From Macrostomum lignano (Eukaryota): DNA of 64,000 nucleotides. Position 1 is the stretch's first letter, and every line of letters starts with the position of its first letter. Below the pieces are notes generated by a model. That model was given only the letters and a program-made list of their open reading frames with translations. It was not told the DNA's origin and searched no databases. Positions 22,962 to 50,434 of this stretch are shown here, in pieces. The position numbers and the translations under genes are program-made. The DNA is taken from assembly GCA_002269645.1 (NCBI GenBank), contig NIVC01001620.1:186001-250000 (forward strand), read 5' to 3'.

Positions 22962-25013
22962 TCAGGCAGCTTGCTCTGAAATTCAGCATCAAGTTTGCAT
23001 TTGCGAATTCATCTCGGTAAAATGTGTCGTTTCCACTTCCCGCCCTTTAGACCGGCCATCTATTCCGCCCCTAAGATCCGCCCCCGATACTTCCTCAGAA
23101 CCAACTTCCGCCCTTGCAATCCTCTCTCAGATCCGCTACCCAGATCTGCCTCTCAGATCCGTCCTTCAGATCCGCCCTTCAGACCTGCCGCTCCAATCCT
23201 CACTCAAATCCGCCCTTCAGCCCACCCTTCAGATCCGCCCTCAGAGCTGCCCTCAGATCCTCCCTCAGATCTGCCCCTCAGATCTGCCCCTCAGATCCGC
23301 CCTTCAGATCCGCCCCTCCAATCTCCAATCCTCTATCAGATCCGCCATTCAGATCCGCCCCTCCAATCCTCTATCAGATCCGCCATTCAGATCCGCCCCT
23401 CCAATCCTCTATCAGATCCGCCATTCAGATCCGCCCCTCCAATCCTCTATCAGATCCGCCCTTCCTTCAGATCTGATCTTCAGATCCGCCCTTCCTTCAG
23501 ATCTGCTCTTCAGATCCGCCCTTCAGATCCGCTCCTCCAATCCTCTCTCAGATCCGCCCTTCAGATCCGCCCTTCAGATCCGCTCCTCCAATCCTCTCTC
23601 AAATCCGCCCTTCAGCCCACCCTTCAGATCCGCCCTCAGAGCTGCCCTCAGATCCTCCCTCAGATCTGCCCCTCAGATCTGCCCCTCAGATCCGCCCTTC
23701 AGATCCGCCCCTCCAATCTCCAATCCTCTATCAGATCCGCCATTCAGATCCGCCCCTCCAATCCTCTATCAGATCCGCCATTCAGATCCGCCCCTCCAAT
23801 CCTCTATCAGATCCGCCCTTCCTTCAGATCTGCTCTTCAGATCCGCCCTTCAGATCCGCTCCTCCAATCCTCTCTCAGATCCGCCCTTCAGATCCGCCCT
23901 TCAGATCCGCTCCTCCAATCCTCTCTCAGATCCGCCCTTCAGATCCGGCCTTCAGATCCGGCCTTCAGATCTGCCCACAGATCCGCCCCTCAGATCCGCC
24001 CTCAGATCCGCCCCCCAGATCCGCTCTCTGAACTCACGTTCCTCCGCGGCGGTCTCGCCGCCCTGAGCGGCGGCCTCTCCCTCGGCGGCCGGCGCCGGCG
24101 AAGCGGCATCTGGCGAGGCGTCACCGGCCGCCGGCGTCGCCGAAGCCTCGGATTGGTCTCCGGCCTCCGGCGCTGCCGCTGCCTCGTCCGCCGGCTTTTC
24201 TTCGCCCGCACCTTCGGCATTCTCGGCTGGCTGCGGCGTGGAACTACCGGCTGCGGCGGCGCCTGCCAGTTAAAAAAAGTGAACGGTCGTAATTAAATAG
24301 ATTTCAAACTGGCCGGCTTCATCGCTTATTAAAATGTTTACCAGTCTCCCCGTTTGCCTCGGGGGCAGCGCCGTTCTCCTGCTTCTTGTCGGCGTTGTCG
24401 GCCGCGTTGGCCTGCTGCTGCTGCTGCTGCTGGCCCGCTGCCGGCTTGGAGGAGTTCGCGGCCGCGTTGCCGCTGGCCGCCGTCTGTCCGCCCGCCGGCT
24501 TATTGCCGTTCGCAACTGGATGGTGGGAAAGGGTGGGTGGGTTTTTATCGTTGCGGAAGTAAAGTTAGTCTGCTTGTAATGGCGGTGAGTCCCTCCTAAC
24601 TCACTTCCCAACACGCATCCGCCCATCATCCGCCCATCATCCGCCCATCATCCGCCCCATCGTCCGCTGTCTATCATCCGCCCATCATCCGCCCGTCAAC
24701 CGCCCGTCAACCGCCCCATCATCCACTCTCTAACAACCGCTTCATTTATCCGCTCTCTATCATCCGCCCCATCATCCGCCCATCAGCCGCCCCATTATCC
24801 GCCCCATCATCCGCCCCATCATCCGCTCTCCATCGTCCGCCTCATCATCTGTCTAATCAACCAGTTATCAACCGCCCCATCACCTGCCCTAAAATATTCT
24901 TTGTTTGTCTTCAGTTCTCTATCATCCCTCATCCGCCCCCCCCCCATATCCGCCTCTCGTCAGGACTGTCTTTTTACAATCAGTTTAAACGGACCACCTG
25001 CGTCATTCAGCAT
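22962..25013 (-). CDS. Orphan low-complexity Ala/Glu/Gly/Gln-rich protein (about 142 aa, 4 exons)
   Basis: Exons 25013-24998, 24515-24342, 24262-24038, 22975-22962, with all introns GT-AG and phase 1. Translation: MLNDAVANGNKPAGGQ...QQQQQQQANAADNADKKQENGAAPEANGETGAAAAGSSTPQPAENAEGAGEEKPADEAAAAPEAGDQ...TAAEEQQAA*. The two middle exons are GC-rich with strong splice sites; the terminal exons are tentative. Confidence 0.65.
23130..24028. repeat. Degenerate (CAGATCCGCCCTT)-type repeat in the last intron of the orphan gene
   Basis: Recurring 11-14-mer units with larger internal block duplications. Confidence 0.88.
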
Positions 25014-25410
25014 CGTGGAAAAATTATAATGCGCAACTGAATTTTTTGTTATCGATGCCCTGTCGGATCTCCACCGCCTCCGCGTTGCTAGCCAAAATAG
25101 TCAGTTGAAACGGTGGGGGGGGGGGGTTATCGCATTTCCATTGTCCACCCCGCGGCCCTCATGATTCCCAATTATCCATATCTGGTATGAGGAAGAGGGG
25201 AGGCGGGTTAGAGGGGATGGAACTTCCAGCCTCTTTAAAGCTGCGGCCCCCTGTCGCGTTGTTAGCCAAATGATTTCGCCGCGACCCTCTGTCTCTCTCT
25301 CTCTCTCTCTCTCGCTCTCTCTCTCTTCGCGTTTGTGTCCGGTAGCGAATGGGTTGGTGTGGATGGCTGGCGGGCTTGCCCACTAAAACAAACGAACGTT
25401 TAGTAAATAC

Positions 25411-25424
25411 GTTGCCATGGTAAC
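25411..25424. promoter_or_regulatory. RFX X-box
   Basis: GTTGCCATGGTAAC matches the established X-box consensus GTHNYYATRRNAAC. Confidence 0.6.
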
Positions 25425-25894
25425 GCTGAGGACTGGGGGGGGGGGAAGAAGGAAATAGGAGAGTCGCCAGACGGGACAAGCTCTGTTTTCCATGCCCCAG
25501 TTCAACCCCCCCGGCTGCTGAAGTGTGCGGCAGGATTGTAGACGCCGACAAAAACAATTTTCCACCCCAATCCCCAGAGCGCTTCTACTAGAGGCAGGAG
25601 AGGGGAAGAGAGAGACGCCGGGTAGGGAAGGTAAAAAATGGCTCGCTGCGGTGTGAGTGGGGAATTGGGGAGTAAATAGATTCCCTATAGACCTGCCAGC
25701 TGCATTCTCTATTCCCTGTTCCCTGTTCCTACCCTGGTTGCCAGGGCCATGGACAGCTAACTCTGTGGAGTTCTCAAGCGAGAGAAAGAGGAGAATGAGA
25801 TGAGATTTCAATGCGATGTGGGCTTCCCCCCCCCTCGTTTCTCTATTTTTATTTTTGCAGCTGTTCGCTCCAACTCTGCACACGCTTAGCATTG

Positions 25895-25908
25895 GTTACC
25901 ATGGCAAC
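25895..25908. promoter_or_regulatory. RFX X-box
   Basis: GTTACCATGGCAAC is a perfect consensus match. Confidence 0.6.
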
Positions 25909-26241
25909 AGGTTTTTTACGAATACTATAGTCATTTCGCGTTTGCAGAGATTTGAAGGCCCCGTTTGACGATAACCGATGAAGAGAAAGGAGATTGGACA
26001 TTTGAATGCTAAAATTCAATAATTTTGGTGTGCTGGGAAGATTTGAAGCATTTGTCTACTCAGAATCTTCGGATTGTGGGGTAGTAGCTAACGAAAAACC
26101 AGCATAGCTAGAAAACCAGCTGAAAGAGATGATGGCACTGAGGGCCTCAGTTCCATTCCTGACTTATGTTACGAGCATATACGTGACAATGATTTCGTTG
26201 ATTACAATTGATTACATTCACAAGCTCTTTTATTAAAATAC

Positions 26242-26879
26242 ATGTACTTCGTTCTTACCCTGTTGCTGGCCTTTGCTGCTGTTGCAACCCATGCCGATAT
26301 GTCAATCAGTTGGTTTTCCTGTCCTGTCGACTGTGTGTACACACGAAAGCGAAACCCGGTCAAGACTTTGTTATTTAACCGGCTTAAGGGAAGTCGAACT
26401 GCTTCTAGTCAAGAAAAAATCGATTTCTATAAGCTGGGGTAGAAGAACTATAATTTCAAAGCAAGCAAGATTAGAAGAGACTGGCGGCAGCTGCTGCAGA
26501 AGCAGAAGTGAGGACAAAGGAGGGACTGGCAAAGACAATGGGGCCGAGGCGAGGCGGGAGGTCTCTCTTGAGGGGGGGGGGGGCTGGCGACAGCATTTTT
26601 ATTTGCACCCCAGGTTTTGCTTCAGGATATGCTCGTTGGCATGGCAACGGGCTCGGGGTTGGGATCGGGGTTGGAGTGGGGAAGCAGCAGGAAAACTGTC
26701 AGGCGTTTGGGAGGCTGGGTAGCGGGAGAGATGGAGCCACGGATTGGGGGAATTTGGGCATAGGGAGAAGTTGCGCGATTATTTCTGCTGGGAATTATAG
26801 AGCTGGGCATGGAGGCGGGTTTTGGACAAGGCAAACAGATGAGGAGGGAGTTAGAGGGGTTGGGTTGAGCTGTTGCTGA
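26242..26879 (+). CDS. Possible small secreted Gly-rich protein (tentative 2-exon model)
   Basis: ATG 26242 encodes a signal-peptide-like MYFVLTLLLAFAAVATHA. A pyrimidine-rich acceptor at 26613 precedes an open Gly-rich frame (..GYARWHGNGLGVGIGVGVG...GLSCC*). Only weak donors were found. Confidence 0.3.
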
Positions 26880-27129
26880 GCAGGCCAGAGGGGAACAGCA
26901 GCGTGGGAACTGCCAAGCTCTACAATATTGAGCAGCCGTCTGAGCAGGGAATGAGCACCAATTGGATCCGATTAGATCTTTGGAGAATTAAGACCAAACA
27001 AGACGTTGAAAGCAATTTGCAGTTGTCTGATTAACCAATTGATTAAAATCGAATTCTTGACAGAATTTTCATGCATCACACTTTTGTAAATGTTTTTTCA
27101 CACGTCCTGTTTCGTGGCGCTCTCACGGT

Positions 27130-28125
27130 CACTGCCACCGGCACTTTGGTTGTCACTGTCACTGTCACTGCAACCCCTCACTGTCACTGCAACTCCGTCA
27201 CTGTCACTGCAACCCCGTCAATGTCACTGCAACTCCTCTGTGTCACTGAAACCCCGTCAATGTCACTGCAACCCGTCACTGTCACTGCAACCCCGTCACT
27301 GTCACTGCAACCCCGTCACTGTCACTGCAACTCCTCTGTGTCACTGAAACCCCGTCAATGTCACTGCAACCCGTCACTGTCACTGCAACCCCGTCACTGT
27401 CACTGCAACCCCGTCACTGTCACTGCAACCCCGTCACTGTCACTGCAACCCCGTCACTGTCACTGCAACCCCGTCACTGTCACTGCAACCCCGTCAATGT
27501 CACTGCAACTCCTTTGTGTCACTGCAACCCCGTCACTGTCACTGCAACCCCGTCACTGTCACTGCAACCCCTCACTGTCTCTGCAACCCCTCACTGTCAC
27601 TGAAACAGTCACTGTCACTGCAACCCCTCACTGTCACTGCAACCCCGTCACTGTCACTGCAACCCCGTCACTGTCACTGCAACCCCGTCACTGTCACTGC
27701 AACCCCGTCACTGTCACTGCAACCCCGTCACTGTCACTGCAACCCCGTCAATGTCACTGCAACTCCTTTGTGTCACTGCAACCCCGTCACTGTCACTGCA
27801 ACCCCGTCACTGTCACTGCAACCCCTCACTGTCTCTGCAACCCCTCACTGTCACTGAAACAGTCACTGTCACTGCAACCCCTCACTGTCACTGAAACAGT
27901 CACTGTCACTGAAACAGGCACTGTCACTGTAACCCCTCACTGTCACTGTAATCCAGTCACTGTCACTGAAACAGTCACTGCAACCCCTCACTGTCACTGC
28001 AACCCCGTCACTGTCACTGAAACAGTCACTGTCACTGTAACCCCTCACTGTCACTGTAATCCAGTCACTGTCACTGAAACAGTCACTGTAACCCCGTCAC
28101 TGTCACTGCAACCCCGTCACTGTCA
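27130..28125. repeat. 20-bp minisatellite (GTCACTGTCACTGCAACCCC)n
   Basis: Tandem periodicity with variants. Confidence 0.93.
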
Positions 28126-28470
28126 CGATACCAACTTATTAAACTAGTGGATTTACTGATGAATGACTCCGAAAAAACTATTTAAAAAATTGAAGGTTTA
28201 CCGATTGAATATTGATATTTCATCATTTATTCAATTGAAAACACACGGAAGCATCTCTTGATGGAAAATGTTTTTGTTTATAGCTCATATTGTTAGTAAT
28301 AAATAAAAACGCATATGAAGTATATAGAAGTCGGACGTTAACACGACGCATTAATAGACAAAGACAAAAAGTTACATAGTCACATGCAATCTTGCTACTT
28401 GCAGTAGCTAGTAATATTCATAGTCAGTTTAATTAGCCCGACACTCGACAACTGCTTGACGCTCGAGTGC

Positions 28471-44842
<16,372 letters not shown>

Positions 44843-45114
44843 CCGAGCGACAAACAGCCACAGAAGAAGAAGAAGCAGGAATTCTTTCGCAGAAATTATC
44901 GGTTGGAAGAAAACAAAAAGTTAAATGTCGGCTAGGGGGGGGGGATTTCTGCACGAAGACAGCGTCAGCTGATGCGCTAACTTCCCAGACCCCCGGGACC
45001 CTAGCGCTGTGGATAATATAAGAGACTGCATGACCAGTTCAGGCTGCAGTATTGCGCGGCAGACACGCATTTGGAGACAATTTTTGAAGTTCTCGAAAGA
45101 TAGATTTCAAAAAA

Positions 45115-47271
45115 ATGCAACGCGCGATTCGATACTTTGCTCTGATTGCCATGAGCTGGCTTGGTAATTGATTAACTATTGTTTTGTAACTTTTATAGTG
45201 AAATAGCATATATATGAGTATTGCTTTTTAGCCAGAGACTTATTAGCATATATGATGGGTATTAAACCGTGAGCCACTGTCAAGGTTGAACAATGTGTTT
45301 CCTTAAAGTTACCTTTTTCTACATTAAACCATAATAAATAGCACTATTATAGTAATAAGTAACAAAAATTAAGACAGACTGTCCACCTATTAGAGTAGGG
45401 TGTCCACCTTTAGGGGTAAGGGTGTCCACCTTTAGGGGTAAGTGTGTCCACCTTTAGGGGTAAGGGTGTCCACCTTTAGGGGTAAGGGTGTCCACCTTTA
45501 GGGGTAAGGGTGTCCACCTTTAGGGGTAAGGGTGTCCACCTTTAGGGGTAAGGGTGTCCACCTTTAGGGGTAAGGATGTCCACCTGTAGAGGTAAGGTGT
45601 CCACCTGTAGGGATAGAGTGTCCAGTGTCCACCTGTAGGGATAGGGTGTCCACCTGTAGGGATAGGCTGTCCACTTGTAAGGGTAAGGGTGTCCACCTGT
45701 AGGGATAGAGTGTCCACCTGTAGGGATAGGCCGTCCACCTGTAGGGATAGGGTGTCCACCTGTAGGGATAGGGTGTCCACCTGTAGGGGTAAGGGTGTCC
45801 ATCTGTAGGGATAGGCTGTCCACCTGTAGGGATAGGGTGTCCACCTGTAGGGATAGGGTGTCCACCTGTAGGGGTAAGGGTGTCCATCTGTAGGGATAGG
45901 CTGTCCACCTGTAGGGATAGGGTGTCCACCTGTAGGGATAGGTTGTCTACCTGTAGGGGTAAGGGTGTCCATCTGTAGGGATAGGGTGTCCACCTGTAGG
46001 GATAGGGTGTCCACCTGTAGGGGTAGGTTGTCTACCTGTAGAGATAGTGTGTCCACCTGTAGGGATAGGGTGTCCAGGATAGGTTGTCCACCTGTAGAGA
46101 TAGGGTGTCCATCTGTTAGAGTAGGGTGTCCACCTGTAAGGATAGGGTGTCCACCTGTGGAATAGGGTGTCTGCCTGCAAGGATAAGAGCGTCCACTAAA
46201 AGAGGGACTAAGTAGACACCACTAAAAGCTACGAGTCCAGTGGTACTTGAGAATAGGGTGTCCATGTGTAGGGAAATAGCCGAGATTGTCCCAGATTGAC
46301 AGGTTCTGATAGCCAGAGCACATTGTTCAACCCTGAAGCCCATAGGATAAATTGAACAATCGCCAGGATGAGAAGACCCGCTTCGAATCCCTTCGCCCGC
46401 AGGCCTCATTTCGCTGCCAACCGTAGACGCAGCCAAAAGGCCGAGGCCGACTCCCACGACCGTCCCGATGCGCAAGCTGTGCCTGGAGCACGGCGGCGCC
46501 GACTGGATCTTCACCAAGAGCTTCTCCATAGGCGAGATGCTGCATTATTGCGAGACCCTGGCTGGCAACACGGCTACGCTGCAGCGAGTCGCCGAGCAGT
46601 GGCCGAGCATCTCCGACCAGCGCGGCGCCTGCTACAATCCTGACAGTTGGACTTTCCAGCCAGGCGCCTACAGCTTCCTGTTGCGAGCTATATTCCGTCA
46701 TCATATCGATGTCAACCTGGACGGCAAGATGAGCTGGCGAGAGATGCGGCTCTACCTGGAGCCGGCGCTGCGCTACCGCCTGCTTCCGGGCCTCCTGGAT
46801 GACGAATACCGCAGCCTGCTGGACGCTCACTTCCGCGGCTCTCGAACGCCCCGGATGCCGATTAGCGAAGCGGAGTTCGTGTCGGCCGCGCTGCGGATGC
46901 TTCGAGCCGAGTGGCCGCTGCTGGTGAAGCGGACCATCCCGGATCTGGACGGCGACAACTGCGTGACCAGGGCGGAGTTCGCCAGGGCCGACTGTCGGCG
47001 CAGGATCAAGGAGGTGGACCTGTACTTCCGGGTGGCCGATCTGGACGGCAATCGGGCCGTGACGGGGCCGGAGCTGATGCACTTCCGGGACACGGTGCAG
47101 CCGCAACCGGGCGAGGAGAGCGGCGCGCAGGCGTTTAATGCGTTCTTCGGCGCAGTGCAGGGCATGATCGACAGCTACAAGGAGGACTATTATCATAAGA
47201 CGTCGTACGCGCACGATCAGATGATCACGTTCAACGAGATCAATTTGTACATCTGCGATCGAGTCATTTAA
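45115..47271 (+). CDS. Secreted multi-EF-hand calcium-binding protein (305 aa, 2 exons)
   Basis: Exon 1 45115-45163 (donor G|GTAATT) joins exon 2 46403-47271 in phase 1. Signal-peptide-like MQRAIRYFALIAMSWLGLISLPTVDA. EF loops DVNLDGKMSWRE, DLDGDNCVTRAE, DLDGNRAVTGPE, plus degenerate ones. Six Cys and no C-terminal KDEL/HDEL. Confidence 0.8.
45380..46170. repeat. 21-22-bp G-rich minisatellite (GTAGGGATAGGGTGTCCACCT / TTAGGGGTAAGGGTGTCCACCT)n
   Basis: Tandem periodicity inside the EF-hand gene intron. Confidence 0.93.
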
Positions 47272-47799
47272 AGTACAAAAACACTGCTAAATTCAATGTA
47301 TAGTGTGCAGTATAAACTCTCGTATGAATACTTTCGATTAAAGTACAAAGCAGTTATTTACAAAATAAGCAACATAGAGATTCTAAAAGTACATAGAAAA
47401 AGTGTACACTAGAGGCCTTACTAAGATATAGTCTCTCATCTCGAACCTCGCTAAGATCTCGAGACCATTTTCATCCGGACTCGAAAACAACTCGAGTATC
47501 GATGATTAAAAAACAACTTGCTCGTGAAGTTGGCTTTGTTCAATGATTTCTCTAACTTTTTTGTTGGCTAGATTCTTGGCCTACGTAAAGTGCTCAGGCT
47601 ACTTGGAGTAGCATTGTGCGAATAAGTAAATTAATATTAATCCAATGCTGAAGCCCATTCAGTTTAGCTATATTTATTTAAAAGTACAAATTAACCAATT
47701 AATTAAAAGTTACTGCAGACAAGAATAAGCTTTGTTGCACACAGATGCATTACTACTGACATTAACAATGACTCTGCAGTCATATGCGTTACATCAGTA

Positions 47800-48207
47800 T
47801 CACACGGCCATCGGGGCTTTGAACTCGTGGCCGCTGAGCGTGGATAGGCACTTCTTTTCCCTGTCGCACAGGTATTCGCCAGCGCAGCGCAGCGCCAGTT
47901 TGATGTTGTCTATGGGCACTCGGCGCTCTCTCTCTTCGTCGGTAAGCGCGAACACGTGATTCAGCACCTCGCTATAATAGAATCGCTCCTGGTTGCCTAC
48001 GCAACAGATGCCAAAACAGGCTATTAATATTCTTGCCAGGGCCATCATGCTGACTATGGCAACGATCAGGTTGCCAGTGTAAACAAATAGAACTCGTTCG
48101 GTGCTGCTGATACGAAAAGTTGGCCGCTCGGTAGCAATTGGTGAGGCATGTCCAGGACAGGCCAGGAAAAGTAAAGACAGCGGAATTAGCGAGAGACAAC
48201 TGCGCAT
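47800..48207 (-). CDS. Small single-pass membrane protein (135 aa) with signal peptide and an EF-hand-like cytoplasmic tail
   Basis: ATG 48207 is preceded by an acceptor-like TTTAGTCAG 5 nt upstream. Signal MRSCLSLIPLSLLFLACPGHA; hydrophobic LIVAIVSMMALARILIACFGICCV; tail EVLNHVFALTDEERERRVPIDNIKLALRCAG. Confidence 0.65.
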   Translation of the reverse strand: MRSCLSLIPLSLLFLACPGHASPIATERPTFRISSTERVLFVYTGNLIVAIVSMMALARILIACFGICCVGNQERFYYSEVLNHVFALTDEERERRVPIDNIKLALRCAGEYLCDREKKCLSTLSGHEFKAPMAV

Positions 48208-50051
48208 GGCACCTGACTAAAGCGAGTTCCTCATCATCTGCGCTTCATCTGAGCTTGCGCTCGCAAAAATTCAATCAATTAGCAGTAATGTATATGTACC
48301 ACAGACGAAAAATAATCACATTAGAGTTATATATATATAATAATCGGGTTTCTTAAAAAACATTTTATGATTGTCTCTGCAATGCTACGTTATGAAAGTG
48401 CATTCGTAGTAGCTTGTTCAAGCTAGTGTAGGATAGTATCCATATTACACTTACGAGTAGGTAGATTGCAAATATAGTCACCTAATGCTGTCTAATACAC
48501 AAACGAGCTCTTTAGGCAAAAAAATTAACCCAAGTATAAATAAGCCTATTTAATCCTAGTACTAATCCTTAGTTGAATAATATACTGCTTGAACATAAGT
48601 ATATATATGAAGTACAGCTACAGTATATTAGGACTCCCTATTACTTATGGAGTTCAATTCTAGAAAAAAAAGCCTTGTTCATTTGAAAAAATCTAAAATT
48701 CATGTATCACCTTTGAATGAAATTTAATTCATAATTTATAAACATATTACAGTGCGCAATAACTGTGTCTGTACATCTAATATAAAATAGCGGAATTTTC
48801 GACTATTTGCAGCCAAATCAGCCGCAGCTAAAGCATATTATATTATATGCAGGACAGGAAAGCATTACCAAGTTCTTTTTAGCCAAATAAGTTAGCAATG
48901 TTTCGCCATAAAAAATCCTATTATAAGTAACATCTTTACGATTTAAAAAAAGTCTCGCTATACCAAAGGTGTATATGTACATACATCCCATACGTCTATA
49001 CTAAAATATACTGGTATATCTAAATCGTTTATGTATACTATACTCTTCAAAGAAAATTTGGAAGTGCACAATGTTAAACGAGTTTTGGCTGTGACCTGCA
49101 GCAATTATGTCAATAAAATTTTCTACATTCGCATGTTAAATTAGCTTAGAATCATAAATAATTGCTGCATATTATATCTGCTTTTTTTACAAAATATAAA
49201 GTAAAAAAACAATAAAACTGGGAAAAAGCTGAAAAACAAGTTTTAATCCCCAAATATAGACCACAGAAGAATGGTTTGCTATAACGGGTATTTCTACGAA
49301 AATCCAAACAATAAAAATTTAACAGAATTCTTCACTTGAACTACTGGACAGCTACAGTTAGGAGGAACCAGTTAATTCGGCGGCAGGTTGATTCGGCGAC
49401 AACCAATTCGGCGACAAGTCAATCCGGCGACAGTCAATTCGGCGATATATGAGGGGGCGGTTAAAATAGGGCGGTAATTTGTCATTCATTGCGTTAAGTT
49501 CGCTTGTTTACTCCGTTTCTAAAATAAGACAGTGGTAAAGTCACACGACTGCTGTACAATGTACAAAGAATAATGAATAAAGGGAACATAAAATTAAGTT
49601 AGCTTTGTAAAATATAAATGTACAAAGCGAATATAAAAAGTAAAAATGAGCTATATTTGAGCGTGCAGTCTTGCCCATCTATCTAGTAAATTATTATTGG
49701 ATTCAATCAATAGAGTTTTTTGTCTATTGTGTGGTGATACATATTAGATCAATATAAGAAGATAATAGTAGATAATATAAAGTAGATTAGTAAATAAATT
49801 TATCAGCATGCGGCATAGCCATAGCTAACATTCATTTATTCTTTCATAATAAATGAAAATACCAAATAATATAATAATGTGATTTTTATGTTGAGATTTT
49901 TGTGCCAATCCTACTTCAGATAACAAAATTCCCTATCATTTGAATCATGAGTAGCAGCTTAAAAATTGGCATCTCTTATACTAGTGTTGATGCACAAGCT
50001 TGGACCCCCTACCAAAATGAAATTCTAGATCCACCACTAAGCATATATATA

Positions 50052-50434
50052 TGGCAATGTCCTAGTTTCTCGCGTTAAATTATTTTGACCCAAAATTTGA
50101 AACTAAACCAAACAAACAAACAAGAGCAATTCTTCAAAAGCAAGTGTCAGCCTTCCTGAAAGTGGCTGCAGTTCTGTGAGTGAGTTGGCTATTAAATGAT
50201 AAGATGCCAGCCAATGCATACAGCATAGTTGATTCAGCATCAATTGTTAACAGCACCAGATCGCGGTGACTGATCTCAAGGTCACAGAGGTTGCCCGATG
50301 GCCACAAATTGGCAGGAGGTACAATAGGCCTATTTACAAGCACTTGAGGTCATCCAGCCATGATTTAGGTCCTATGCTGGAAATACAAAAATTGGGTCAA
50401 AATAATTTAACGTGGGAAACTAGGACATTGCCCA
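50052..50434. mobile_element. MITE-like element (383 bp), about 42-bp terminal inverted repeats, TA flanks
   Basis: TGGCAATGTCCTAGTTTCTCGCGTTAAATTATTTTGACCCAA (50052-50093) is the reverse complement of 50392-50434 with 2 substitutions and 1 indel. Both ends abut TA runs. Confidence 0.75.

Noticed and set aside
24002-24220. Arg-rich protamine/histone-H1-like 72-aa ORF
   Set aside because: It is an alternative frame of the Ala/Glu-rich exon, whose splice phases fit the other frame.
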